Notes under the pieces: generated by a model
What the model was told of the DNA's origin: nothing
Seen by the model: the letters and a program-made list of their open reading frames with translations, nothing else
Databases searched by the model: none
Source of the DNA: Eledone cirrhosa
Taxonomy: Eukaryota
DNA length: 64,000 nucleotides
Assembly: GCA_964016885.1 (NCBI GenBank)
Contig: OZ024741.1
Coordinates: forward strand, 28,644,001-28,708,000
Reading direction: 5' to 3'
Part shown: piece after piece, positions 26,232-39,661 of the stretch
How the letters are laid out: each line of letters opens with the position of its first letter
How positions within the stretch are numbered: the stretch's first letter is position 1
Made by a program: the position numbers and the translations under genes

Positions 26232-26670
26232 ATATTGTTATACTTTGGGAGGGTCATGTTGCTAATAAGAAACACACGCACCAGTTGCTTTCACTCCAAT
26301 TTATTATAAATTAAATTTATAAATTTAAGAATTTATAAATTTCCGGTTGGTTGGTTGGTTCCACAACCGGACGGTTGTTCATATATTGTCAAATTTCTTT
26401 CGTCACACATTCTGTGACCTCTTCAGTGACTGAGGATTCTTTTCTTTGTTTTGTGCCTCTCCTTTGTTCTGTCCTACGCCATCTTGTTTTTGTGTGTGTT
26501 GTGTGCTTAGTTTGCGCATGTGTTACATCGGGGTGTCTGTGTGTGTTTTTATTTGTTTATTTATTTGTTTATTTACATGTTACTGGTTGGTTGTTTGTTC
26601 TATATGTGTGTGTGTTTTCATTTTGTCCTAATTGTAAGTTGTGATGTTGCTATTCTATTCATGTTTTCTA
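26232..26670 (-). mobile_element. Solo PLE 3' region (copy of 52388-52855) with HHR-like motif at 26388-26430
   Basis: Shared TTGTTATACTTTGGGAGGGTCATGTTGC..; GUCA-CUGAAGA-G-GUCACA..UGUGAC-GAAA-GAAA-UU-UGAC. Confidence 0.8.
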
Positions 26671-26677
26671 TTATTAT

Positions 26678-27067
26678 GGCGGTGGATTGGCAGTATCGGT
26701 AGAGGGTTGGACGCCATGCATTCCAACATAGTTACGTCCCTTTACGATCTGAGTTCAAATCCCGCCGAGTTTGACTTTGCCTTTCATCCTTACGGGGTCG
26801 ATAGAATAAAGTACCAGGAATGCTCTGGGTAATTGCTGGCCTTGTACCTAAAGTAGAAACAATTATTATGGGGCAGTTGATTGGCAGTGTCGGTAGAGGG
26901 TCGGACGCTATGCTTTGACGCATAGAGTTATGGCCCTTGCCATTCTGAGTTCAAATCCCACCGAGGTTAACTTTGTCTTTCATCCTTACGGGGTCGATAA
27001 AATAAAGTACCAGTAATGCACTGGGTAATTGCTGACCTTGTGCCAAAAGTAGAAACAATTATTATTG
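26678..27067 (+). mobile_element. Two head-to-tail SINE copies (26678-26868, 26872-27067)
   Basis: Two complete head-core-tail units ending AGTAGAAACAATTATT. Confidence 0.9.
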
Positions 27068-27069
27068 TT

Positions 27070-29280
27070 CATTTTTGTAAATCCTAGGTACTTTGGTGGT
27101 AAATGATCCGGATATTTCAGTTAGAGAGCAGTCAACAAGTAGACAAAGGTCCCTCACTGCATTCTCTCCTGTGCCTTACACAGACCAGTCTTTCCTTAAA
27201 ATCCTCGCTGTCCCAAGAAATGCTGTCCTCTGCGTGACCTGTAATTTTGTATCAATTCTGATTCTATTTACACAGTCCTCAAAACTCTCCGATATGCATC
27301 CCAATGCTCCGATCACCACTACGATCACTAAAACATTCTTCATCCCCCACCTCCTCATTCAGTGACTCCTGCTTCTCCATCTTTTCATGTCCATTATACT
27401 TGACTCTACTATGCCATGGAACTGATATATCGATAGTTTAGGCCTCTTTTTTCTCGACCTTCTTGTCCCAATGCTATCACATTGAATGGTGAAGTCCCAC
27501 AAAAGCTTGCATTCGTCCTTCTCTAACACCCTTCCTGGTCACTGCTCATACCATTTAGTTGCTCTGACAAACCCAAATTTCTCAAATATCATCCAATAGG
27601 ATTATCGGGCAACATTAGCATGTCTTTTGTACTCTCGCTGTGTCAACTTCACACATTCGCTTACAATATGGCTGACCGTTTCTCCTTTTGTTCCACATAT
27701 TCTATATAATGGTGAATTTATCGTTTTGTCAATATGATGTTTGATGTAGTTAGTTCGAAGAGCCTACTCCTGGACGTTGCAAACCAGAGAGCTTCTGTGC
27801 ATTCTTATAGATCGCCATTTTTAAGCCACGACCAGCTCTCTCTCCAGTCCATGCCTACTTTATTTCTAGTGTGCTGTCCATGCATAAGTTTATCCTTTCA
27901 TTCCTTTTAAAGTTCTTTTTTCTTTCTCTTCTTGTATTCATTAGATGTTACTGCGTTCTTTATGCACTGTCACCAATTTCCTAGTTTTCCTATCGATACT
28001 TTTCAATTCATCATTCCTCCATTTAATAACTTCTGTGCCATAATGCATGATAGACACATCCTATGTATCCGTTGCCTTGATTTCATTCTTTCCATTCAAT
28101 TTTGATGATATTACAAGTCTCATCCGCCTCTTCATCTCGTTCTCTTTCATCTTATCCAATTCAAAGATTCTCAAATACTTGTATCCTTCCTTTCATACTT
28201 ATTTAATAGTATGGCCATTTGCAAGCTCAATCTATGTCCTCTTTTTTTTAGTTTTCCACGTTTCAGGGTTACAAAATCACATTTGTTTTGTATCCCAAAC
28301 TCCACCCCAATATCCTGGTTAATCAGATATTAAGCTGTCAACTTCGTCCACATTTTTCGCAAATAACTTTAAATCATCCATGATTAACAGTTGCTTAATA
28401 TTAATAGCATGTAGCACATATCACATTTTTACTTTTCTCAGGACTTGGGTTAGTGAGAATCATGCAGAAGACAAATAAGAGTTGCCACAAACTGTCTCCC
28501 TGAAATATACCCCTTCATATGTTAACAGACCCTAACTGTTCCCCAAAGATTTTCCTTTGGAGCTTTTCATATCCCAGGATTCTTTGTGCCTTTACAAGTA
28601 TTTATTGTCTTAAACATTCTTTGGTCTCCAGGATTTCCTTTTCTATTATATTATATTTCTTTAGTATTTTTATTTTCTTTACTATTCCTAATTTTGTTGT
28701 TTTCATTCAGTGGTCTTTTATTTTGTTTTCTATAGTTTCTTTGTATCTTTTGTTTCCATATTTGTATGCTTTTGTTATTAGTGTAGATCTAAGGGGGTAC
28801 CACCTTTCGTAACAACATTGGCTGCTGCATATATTATATTACTCAGCCTTTTCATACTAGTCTATTAAGTATTTATTAAATCTATGATGGCTAAATTAGT
28901 CTTTTCTATAACTATTGCTATTTTATTATCAATTTATATATTTGTGAAGTGTATTGTTAGGTACATAAGAGATCTACTATTATTTGGAGTTCTTGGATAA
29001 TTTCCAGTTTTATCCTATTGTGGTCCTGAATTTCGCCTTTAGGGTTTCTTTCTCCTGCATCACTTTCCTCATATTTCATTCATCACTTTCATAAAATGAA
29101 TTATTAAATTCCTTCAAAGCAAACACTTTTGTTTTTACAATTGTTTGTCTTCATTTTTAAGAATATCCATTTTACAATTCCGATATTCTGCTATTCCCAT
29201 ACGTCTATATATACCCCATGCCATTCTCTTTATGTTCGAATTCATATTGTACAGACGGCATCATACATAAAACAACACTT
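27070..29280 (-). pseudogene. Decayed R4/Dong-clade non-LTR element (RT and REL endonuclease)
   Basis: RGIFQGDSL, LLIMDDLKLFAKN, LCRICGTKGETVSHIVSEC, VVIGALG..QRTAFLGTARILRK; many stops. Confidence 0.8.
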
Positions 29281-29299
29281 TTGACATAGTTACATATCA

Positions 29300-29660
29300 T
29301 CTGGTCGAACTTGTTCGGACATCCATGAGCATTGCACGCTATCCATCACGATCAAGCATAAGTGTTGGGAGGTCATTAGGGGAGCATCCTGTGTCTCTAT
29401 ATAGTTGGCCAATGTAAGTTAAAGCCGGTCAACCAACTTTCCTCTGAACGTGGCTTGGTGACCAGGGCAGAAGATCACTAACAAATTCTTGCTTTGCTCA
29501 CCAGCAATGTCCTGCAAATCGCATTCTTCATTCCCGAATGTTGCAGATATATCAGGGATGGGATCATAGAGCAGTTCTTTAGTTGGATGCTGTGTCCATG
29601 AGATATTAAGTACAGCATCCGTGTATAAGTTCCATCAAGCTTGGATTCTAGTTGGATTTT
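29300..29660 (-). pseudogene. RTE-like LINE C-terminal fragment
   Basis: LESKLDGTYTRML..MRFAGHCW..LLPWSPSH..PALTYIGQLYRDTG. Confidence 0.75.
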
Positions 29661-29667
29661 TTTTTTA

Positions 29668-29868
29668 TATATACTCCACAAATTACAACTTTCTGTTTGA
29701 AATTCATATTCTACAGACGACACCAGACATAAAACACAGCACTATCAACATAGCTATATATACTCCACAAATTACAACCTCTTTCTGTTCGAAAGTCGTA
29801 TTCTACAGACGACACCCAACATAAAACACAACACTATCAACATAGCTATATATACTCCACGAATTACT
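29668..29868. repeat. About 90-bp tandem repeat (about 2.2 units)
   Basis: ATATACTCCACAAATTACAAC..TTCTACAGACGACACC..CACTATCAACATAGCT repeated. Confidence 0.8.
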
Positions 29869-30428
29869 ATTCCAGTGTATTTTCAATTTAGCATACCCAC
29901 TCAAACAAAATCCTAGTTTCCAAATCCATATCAACTGGCTACGTGAGACTTCTGTCCACTACAGCTCATTCCGTCACACTTGGACTTACTTTAGATTACA
30001 ATGGTTTAATTTGGTCTAATTCGGCTTACTCCGACTTAATATGGTTTGCTCAGTATTATTTAAGATTACTTCAGCTTAGTTCCTGTTGAGATTCCGTAGT
30101 TAAAAATAAATTCTTATTTTTATTTTGCTGTTTTATCTGCTGAACTAAGCAAATTCTGTCTTCATCTAAAATGTTTAAATATTCATTTTGAACAATTTCG
30201 TTTGATTCAAACACAGTGGGGAGTTTATGGGGGGGGGGGGGGGGGAGAAGAAACACCATTTCCTGATGAAATTCAATATTAATGTGAGATAACTGTATTT
30301 ACTTTTTTTTTAAAACTTACCCATCTCCAACATACATACTTCCTTCACACATATACTCATATAGATATACATTAATTATCCCGTGTGCTCATACATTCAT
30401 ATATATATACATACACACATACATACAT

Positions 30429-31456
30429 GGATATGTTGCCAGGAAGCTCCAGAGTAAGAGTAATATAAATAAACAAAGTAGTCTATCTTGGACTAACAAC
30501 CGCTATATTGGCTCCCACTTTGAAGGATACGCTTTTGCAATCCAAGAACAGGAAATCAACACGAAATACCTGACACACAAAATCAGATAGGGATGCAGGC
30601 AAAACACCTAGATGTGACAACAAGTGCAGACTCTGCAGAATTAACATCGAAGATGTCACCCATTTCATAAGCAGCTGTCCAAAGATGTCATCACGGTACT
30701 ATCTAACTATGAGGCATGATGTAGTGGCTAAAATACTGTACAATGCCATCCGTAAAAACGATAGCCCTGAAAATAAACACACTAAAAGCTACAGCAATGT
30801 GGAAGACATACATATACCTAATATGAAAGAGTACTGGTGGAAATATTCCAATAAAAACTCCAATAAAATGCAGGCCTAACAGACCAGATATTATGATATG
30901 GGACAGGGAGAAGAAAACATGCACAGTAGTGGAAGTTAGCTGCCCAGCAGATGCCAATATAATATCAAAGATTAGCGAAAAGGAGAATATTTATGCAGAA
31001 CTAATGAGAAATCTGCAGATACTCCACCGTGATTACACCTTCAGATATATGCCTGTGATTATTGGGACACTGGGATATGTTAGTAACTGCCTCAATACAA
31101 ATCTTGAGAAGCTAGTCTTCACAGGAACAGAAAGAACACAACTAGTTAGGAAATTACAAGTACAATCCATTAATGGAACAGTAAAAATATGTAAAACATT
31201 CCTAAAAATTCTGCATCTAATAACTGCATATACACTTGTACAGATACAAAGCACATGCACATGCACACATATAACTAAAAACTAATTCCACACACACAAT
31301 AACATCCATACCTGCACACACATGCATGCATGCAGACATGCATACATATCTACCTAGTTGATGTTGTGTAAATTCCAATGAGAGAGTCTTGTGTCTATGT
31401 TAGAAACCGACTCTCTCTCTATTGGCAAAAATTTGTGAAATTATAAAACCAGAAGA
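30429..31456 (+). pseudogene. 5'-truncated R4/Dong-clade element (CCHC and REL)
   Basis: EGYAFAIQEQEINTKY, CRLC..EDVTHFISSC, RHDVVAK, RPDIMIWD..VVEVSCP..KENIY; flanked by ACATACATACAT on both sides. Confidence 0.88.
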
Positions 31457-31599
31457 ACATACATACATTCAGAGTTAAAGATTTTTAAAAATTCTTAGCA
31501 GGTCTAAAAAGATATTATATATAAGAAATTCGTGTATGCTTCAATATACAACTCTGGTTGCGTATATATATATAAAGAAATTTATCTATCTATCTCCGG

Positions 31600-34035
31600 A
31601 GGGTATAGACGTTCTTCACATCGGCTCTGCGAATATTGGAGATATTACGTGTTAACAGTAAGTGTGTGTCTGTATTCTTGCGTTATTGTGTTAATTAACC
31701 CCCTTGCCTGGATCTTCGGACATTAGGGTTAATTTATTTCACCCCTTTTGGGGTGAAACTTTTCATCCTAAAAATCTTGTAATTGTCTCTACGCTAGTGG
31801 TAATGGAAGCCATTACCACAGGTAACGATGTCACGCCCACTAAACAAACTGAAGGAGAGCGGGTAGCTGAGGCAACAAACCTCCCTACTGAAAGAATAAT
31901 GATTATTAGAAACATTGAACAAATGGAGCCTAACCCTAATGAAAAAAATGTGAAAAAAATTGACTCGGAGAAATTGCCAAAATTAATGGATGCCATTTCG
32001 ACTTTTCACGGTGCCACACCCACCAGCAAAGGTGAAAGAGAAGTAGTAGCTGTAACTACGAGTCTCTCGGATACTGAAAATATAAGTGAACATTTTGAAA
32101 AAATGGAGTCTAACCCCAACGGGGAAAAAAATGTGAACGCATACACCAACATAAATAACACAAACTCAACAAAAAATGAAAATTGTAACAACAAAAAACA
32201 AGAAAACCACATTTCGACAAATGTAAACAGAGAGGGGGCGAACAAAATGACGTTCGCGCAAAGCATAAAAAAAACTATCGTGTTCGAACCTATTGACATT
32301 TCGAACATGGCCCAGCAAATGGAAAATGCACGGAAGTATATAACTTTGGAGGAGAATGGTCTATTTTCTTTAAATTCTCCCCCAGAGCTAAAAAAGGAAA
32401 ATAGCTTAAAAACTATTATTTATAGGACAATATCAAACAAAACCCGTAAGTCAGTACAACTCACACAGACAGAGATTAAACTGGCGTTAAGAGATCATCT
32501 GAAAAATATTGTATTCATTCGGAAGGATAGACTCTACGGTAGTCTATCCATCCGAATGAAAGATAAATTGACGGCCGAAAAACATTCCCTGGCCCCAATT
32601 GTGTCCCCCTTATTTACCTTCTTCCCCACTTATTTGGGAAGAAAAACACAAAGATTGACCATACACAGTATCGATCCAGATATTGATTTCTGGGCGGTAC
32701 TGTGTGGCCTCCTCGACTTGAAAGAGGATGCAGTAATTTCGGTTGGTAAGTCTTCCAGCAACGTGTTCGGTAGAACCAGAACGAATTGCTAGGATCCCCA
32801 ACCGCATATTGCTAGATGGGCTTGCCTAATTACACATCACAGTGGAGGGTAGACGACCCGCTTGTTACCTCTGTCGTGGCAGAGGTCACCTGAGGGCTGC
32901 CTGTTCCCAAGCAAACAAAAAAACACCGATTTTTGCCCTCACCAACAACTACAACATTACCAACACAAACCTCCACCACCACCACAAAAACAACTAACAC
33001 CACAAGGTAAAACACAACTGAAAACAATCCCCCATCCCCCCCACACAGAAAACAAATACAATAACACCCACACCACAAACACGAGCCGAAAATGAACCCC
33101 TCCCCTCGAATACGGAAGACGACCCCCTTTCGTCGTCAGACGAAGGGGGGGGGGGGGCTTTCATAAAGTTAAAAGAAAACACACCACACCACAGGAACAC
33201 AAATACAAGCAACCCCTCCCCAAGCCATAACACAGACATCAACACAAAAAAAACACACAACAGCAAACAAAAGACATCACGCAAAAAGAAAAAATTGCAT
33301 ATACCTACGTAAGTACAATAAACAAAAAACTGTTAAACGTTATTTATAATAACAACTTAATAAAAACCGAAGGTTCGAATTGAGCACAAGCAACGAGGCT
33401 TCCCCATCTAAAAATGATAAAAGCCCCAATGGACATTTACAAAACGTTAAAAGACACTTTTAAAGAGGACGTGGGGGCCCCCCTGCGTCAGACCCATTAA
33501 CCGTGTCCTCCTAAAAAATCCCCCCCCAGACACCCACACAACTCCAAACACCCCAACCCCACCACACACTGATGCCCATACACTTCCACAAACCACCACC
33601 CCACCCAACAACCCATCCCCCACACCATGGAAATTGTGCGGCCCGGTCCCCGGGACGCAGAGAGGTAAGTGCCTTTTCTCTTTACCACCAACATGGCTGT
33701 GTTGAGAATAGGTTGTCTAAATGCGCGTGGCCTGGGCTCACCTTGGAAGCAAGCAATGCTTCTAAAGGACCTCAGGTCACGATGTATAAATGTGATGGTT
33801 ATTTGCGAGGCCCCGATTAGCAGCGTGCGACAGCTGGACCCCACCTTTGATGACTTTGAGATGCACGCATTTCTCTGTCAGCCCGGAGGTGGGGGTGGGG
33901 TTGTCGTTCTGCTGCAAAAACATCTGGGTCTCGCTACACAGACGGTACACTTGGACCCGGAGGGTCGACTAGTGGTTCTGGACATTGGCAGTGGTGAAGG
34001 CGGAGCTTTTAGGCTGGTCGCCGTCTACGGCCCTT
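31600..34035 (+). pseudogene. L1/Tx1-type LINE 5' half: frameshifted ORF1 and start of ORF2 APE endonuclease
   Basis: ORF1 from about 31803 with zinc knuckle CYLCRGRGHLRAAC (32863-32904); ORF2 from 33693 LRIGCLNARGL..DPEGRLVVLD..FRLVAVYGP, truncated. Confidence 0.85.
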
Positions 34036-34410
34036 TTGGGTCAACGCGGGGTGTGTGGCTGACCACTTAACCTACACCCAAAATACTACCAACCTTGCTT
34101 GTTCTCTCTATCTATTAGCCCCCCATATCCTCAGCCGACACCTCGACATGGTCAGTGGGAGTTCAAGACAGCCAAAATTTACTGCTGGCTTTGGTAACCA
34201 GTAGGATTTCGGTGCATTTGTACCCGCTATCCGTTTATGGCGGGATAATCACCCCAAAGCGAGAAAGTTCCCTTCCGCTAAGGTTAATATAACTTATCAG
34301 AGAAAATATTTAAAGTTTCACAACCAGAAATTTCGAAATTTCAGACGTTAAAAGTTAAGATATATATATATATATATATATAAGTATGTATGTATGTACA
34401 CGTACATACA

Positions 34411-34812
34411 TATATATATATACATACATGCACACATATATATATGCACGTATCGGTTTACCGAACATTTATTATAATGCTCGGTTTGTTTGTTTGTAAA
34501 CAAACAAACAGCCCGAATTACGCCATACAGTGTTTAGGCAACCACGTCACCTTTTTGTTCAACACTGACACAGGAACGATGTACTAGTTTCAAGCTTATT
34601 AGCTATCGTCAGCATCGTGTACCTTCCTGCCGGATGGTTGAACGTCTGAAAGTATATACTTTCCTTATGCATATTAACGGCTGAGCAGCCTAATTTGCAT
34701 ATCGAGTGAGATCAGGCTGTTTGTTTGTTTACAAACAAACAAACCGAGCATTATAATAAATGTTCGGTAAACCGAGACGTGCATATATATGTGTGCATGT
34801 ATGTATATATAT
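34411..34812 (-). mobile_element. Non-coding element with about 100-bp inverted arms and an internal hammerhead
   Basis: Arms 34411-34513 and 34715-34812 are reverse complements. Confidence 0.8.
34576..34618 (-). ncRNA. Minimal type I hammerhead
   Basis: ACGAUG-CUGACGA-U AGCU AAUA AGCU U-GAAA-CUAG-UA-CAUCGU. Confidence 0.82.
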
Positions 34813-34936
34813 ACATACTACTGTACGTCTGTATACATATATGTATGTACGTATACATACATACATACATACATACTTACATTTAAGTAAGTGCCGTACG
34901 AAGAGTGAGAAATGAAATTTCGTTTCATTCTATTCC

Positions 34937-34976
<40 letters not shown>

Positions 34977-35543
34977 TCATTGCGCAGGGTGCGGTTGCCA
35001 GCTGAGCTTAAATTAAAACAATAGTCTTGGTGTTTCAGCAGAGTTTTATACACATGTTGTATATCGAATAATATACGGGATGCTTATGGAAAACATTTGA
35101 AAGTCTTTCACTATGAATGCCACACACCTATCCCAGCAAAGCAAGTGGGGATAGGTATCCTCGATAACTGCCAGCCAGCGAGAAACAACGAGTTGTCGAT
35201 TACTTTAGTTCAGTCAACACTAGTGCAAACATTCGGACCGTAGATGTGAGTTTTTGTGTAGTTTTTAATGGTAAAGTCTGGCTAAACTCTGGCGCTAGTC
35301 CTCTATCCCTTTTTCTGATATAAGTGATTGCATACCATTCCTTAATTTATTTTAAGAAATATAACTTTAAAGATTTCCATCTCGCCCAGCAGATCATCCG
35401 CTGCAGGGAATCAATCATCTACTGCATAGATTCGTTGGGCTGGTTCCATTTCAACTATGAGTTATCAGTATCAAATGGCTATAACTGGGAACAGTGCTTG
35501 CTAGTCTTCTAGGTGTGTTTGCCATTATCGTGTTATGCGCAAA

Positions 35544-35731
35544 GCGGTGGATTGGCAGTATCGGTAGAGGGTCGGGCGCTATGATTTGACGCATAGAGTT
35601 ACGGCCCTTGCCATTCTGAGTTCAAATCCCGCCGAGGTTAACTTTGCCGTTCATCCTTACGGGGTCGATAAAATAAGGTACCAGTAATGCACTGAGTAAT
35701 TACTGGCCTTGTGCCAAATATAGAAACAATT
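35544..35731 (+). mobile_element. SINE, full length
   Basis: Family sequence; TSD ATTATCGTGTTATGCGCAAAG (35524-35544 / 35729-35749). Confidence 0.92.
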
Positions 35732-36632
35732 ATCGTGTTATGCGCAAAGAATGAGGCGTCATTACCCATTACAATCTCAGTTGAGATCTTCATGCTAAAC
35801 AACGTTTCTAGCTGTTGCAATTTGAGCAATGTGCCTGTTCTTTAAACTTCAATTTTGCGTGGACACTGTCGCAGAGGACTGTCACTAATTTAGCTGTCAT
35901 TGGAGAAACGTAATAAAGGAATGACATAATGGCTGAGTGACACTTAAAGAAATGAAGAAATATTTGAAAGAAATGACAGTGAAAAAAATCACAAATATTT
36001 GAATGTTAAAACGTTTCAATAAAAAATGTTATAATACTTGTCAAAATATTTGACGTGATATAATAGTGTAGTGACTATTAACGAAATAAACAAGTATTCA
36101 AAATGAATGAATGTTTTGGCATTTTCAAAGGGTATTAGCCATACTAAATATGGCGGAAGGGTGGAAGTAATAAATAGAAAAAAATAATGCATCAAACCTT
36201 GTACCGGATGTATCAAATTTCGATAGTGAAAGCAACTTTGACAACGGTAATGAAAACAATAATGGATTGATTCCAGAAAGTGAAAGAAAACGGAAAATTT
36301 TAAGTTGATTAACGATAGGATTAATTTAGAATTAAATTCAAACACATAGAATGGGTATAGAGAGTGAAATAAATAGCTTTAAAACATCCAATAGTTTTGT
36401 GGGTGTTCATTTGATGAATTTTCGTTAATTTTCAAGAGAATGTATGGCTAGAAACATCTCTACCGGTAGAATTGATCGACAGTCCATAAAAAAGAGGAAC
36501 AAATGAAATAAGAAAGAAATAGGAATGCGTACCTATTACGGTAGAATTACCAATATTTTAGAATTGAATTCAAACACATTGTATTATGTCGAGATCCTAA
36601 ACCAATATAGGAACATTTACTATGAGAAGGCG

Positions 36633-36664
<32 letters not shown>

Positions 36665-36671
36665 CATGAAT

Positions 36672-37178
36672 GTATACATGAATGTATATATAGTATATTT
36701 GGCAATATACTGTAAGCTTAATTAAAAACATTTTGAAAACCTTGCGTTATTATTTTAAAGTAGTGACTATGTCACTTACTTCTTTTAAGCATACAGTATA
36801 TTGCCAAATATACTATACATACATTCATGTATACATCGCTATTTCAGAACACCAATTCTAATTTTCAATTTTTGCTGGACCGGCAATCGCTCTGTATAAT
36901 TAGTTCCTGATTATTACTGGAATTCTATAAGAATCCAACATCTATAATTTTCAACAGGCAAAGGCGAGTGCTAAGCTCTGATGACTAACAACAGTATGAA
37001 ATAGACCTGTCAGCTTATCTCCCTTTGTTTGTTGAAAAAAGAAGTAAGTGACATAGTCACTACTTTAAAATAATAGCGTAAGGTCTTCAACATGTTTTTA
37101 ATTAAACATACAGTATATTGCCAGATATACTATATATACATTCATTTATACATCGCTATTTCAGAGCACCAATTCTAA

Positions 37179-37180
<2 letters not shown>
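36672..37180 (+). mobile_element. Non-coding HHR element: 317-nt period direct repeat plus inverted 5' segment
   Basis: 36787-36862 repeats ending at 37179; 36672-36786 is the reverse complement of about 37037-37150. Confidence 0.78.
36972..37017 (+). ncRNA. Type I hammerhead with eroded stem II
   Basis: UAAGCU-CUGAUGA-(13 nt)-GAAA-UAGACCUG-UC-AGCUUA. Confidence 0.72.
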
Positions 37181-37277
<97 letters not shown>

Positions 37278-37381
37278 AGTAATAATAATAAATTTGAAGA
37301 CTAAAATCCAAAGAGGGGTCGATAAGGATAAATATATATCAGATATATAAGAACCCTAGAACAAATATTTATTAAAATAAC

Positions 37382-37476
37382 AGATAAAAGTTTAAGCAAA
37401 GAATCGCTGCTTTCACTCTTAACGGGATCTTCTGTTAAGGGTGAAAGCAGCGATTCTTTGCTTAAACTTTAATCTA
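37382..37476. repeat. About 40-bp-arm hairpin at the end of a short island
   Basis: AAAGTTTAAGCAAAGAATCGCTGCTTTCACTCTTAAC..GTTAAGGGTGAAAGCAGCGATTCTTTGCTTAAACTTT. Confidence 0.85.
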
Positions 37477-37484
37477 GTATTTTA

Positions 37485-37524
<40 letters not shown>

Positions 37525-37673
37525 GTATGTATATGTATATATGTATGTATATATGTATGGTATATGTATATATGTATATATGTATGTGTATATATATATA
37601 TGTATTTATATATGTATATATATATGTATTTATATATGTATGTATATATATATATATGTATATATGTATGTAT

Positions 37674-38196
37674 ATAATATAAGATCAAAAGATGGTTAAA
37701 GGAGTTCAATATATTTTATTATGCGCATTTCAAAAACAAACATCATCAAACAATAATATTTGTGTTTTCATCAGATAAAACAGGAGAACATGATATGAAG
37801 GCTAAAAAAACACTTGTTGATAGTGCAGTTTTAAATCAACATATGAAAAGTGGTTTTAGATTGATGTGTGATATTGGGAAAAATATTTTATTTTCCCAAT
37901 TTTTCCCAATATCACACATCAATCTAAAACCACTTTTCATATGTTGATTTAAAACTGCACTATCAACAAGTGTTTTTTTAGCCTTCATATCATGTTCTCC
38001 TGTTTTATCTGATGAAAACACAAATATTATTGTTTGATGATGTTTGTTTTTGAAATGCGCATAATAAAATATATTGAACTCCTTTAACCATCTTTTGATC
38101 TTATATTATGCATACTCCAGTCCCACAAACTGTAGAGTGCTTCTTATCCGATATCTGCATTGATTTATTGTACTACAATAAAACTCACCTCCTACA
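37674..38196 (+). mobile_element. PLE 3'-end fold-back: 210-bp arms with HHRs at 37714-37780 (-) and 38003-38069 (+)
   Basis: Arms 37674-37884 and 37900-38109; TTTTAT-CTGATGA-AAACACAAATA..TGTTTGTTTTT-GAAA-TGCGCA-TA-ATAAAA; ends AATAAAACTCACCTCCTACA. Confidence 0.88.
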
Positions 38197-38836
38197 TATG
38201 TATGTATATATGTATATATGTATGTATATATGTATGTATATATATATATATGTATGTATATATGTATGTATATATGTATATATGTATGTATATATGTATG
38301 TATATATATATATATATATATGTATGTATATATATATATGTATATATGTATGTATATATATATATGTATATATGTATGTATATATGTATGTATATATATA
38401 TATGTATATATGTATGTATATATATATATGTATATACGTATTTATATATGTATATATGTATGTATATATATATATGTATATATGTATGTATATATATATA
38501 TGTATATATGTATGTATATATATATATGTATATATGTATATATATATATGTATGTATATATATATATATGTATGTATATATATATATATGTATGTATATA
38601 TATATATATGTATGTATATATATATATATGTATGTATATATATATATGTATATATATATATGTATGTATATATATGTATATATGTATGTATATATATATA
38701 TATGTATGTATATATATATGTATGTATATATATATGTATGTATATATATATATATGTATGTATATATATATGTATGTATATATATATGTATGTATATATA
38801 TATGTATGTATATATATATGTATGTATATATATATG

Positions 38837-38921
<85 letters not shown>

Positions 38922-39232
38922 GTATATATATATATGTATGTATGTATATATGTATGTATGTATATATATATGTATGTATGTATATATATATGTATGTATG
39001 TATATATATATGTATGTATGTATATATATATATATGTATGTATATATATATATATGTATGTATATATATATATATGTATGTATATATATATATATGTATG
39101 TATATATATATGTATGTATATATATATATATATATGTATGTATATATATATGTATGTATGTATGTATGTATATGTATGTATGTATGTATATGTATGTATG
39201 TATGTATGTCATATATATATATGTATGTATGT

Positions 39233-39266
<34 letters not shown>

Positions 39267-39524
39267 GTATATATATATATATGTATGTATATATATATAT
39301 GTATGTATGTATATATGTATGTATGTATATATATATATGTATGTATGTATATGTATGTATGTATATATATATATGTATGTATATATATATATGTATGTAT
39401 GTATATGTATGTATGTATATATATGTATGTATGTATATATATATATGTATGTATGTATATGTATGTATGTATATATATATATGTATGTATGTATATGTAT
39501 GTATGTATATATATGTATGTATGT

Positions 39525-39558
<34 letters not shown>

Positions 39559-39630
39559 GTATATGTATGTATGTATGTATATATATATATATGTATGTAT
39601 ATGTATGTATGTATGTATATATATATATTG

Positions 39631-39661
<31 letters not shown>

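Noticed and set aside
33122-33150. Hairpin with CTGACGA-C-GAAA on the minus strand
   Set aside because: No stem II or III; lies inside the LINE ORF1 region.
34975-35900. Possible transposase or exon remnant around the SINE
   Set aside because: No convincing motif in any frame.
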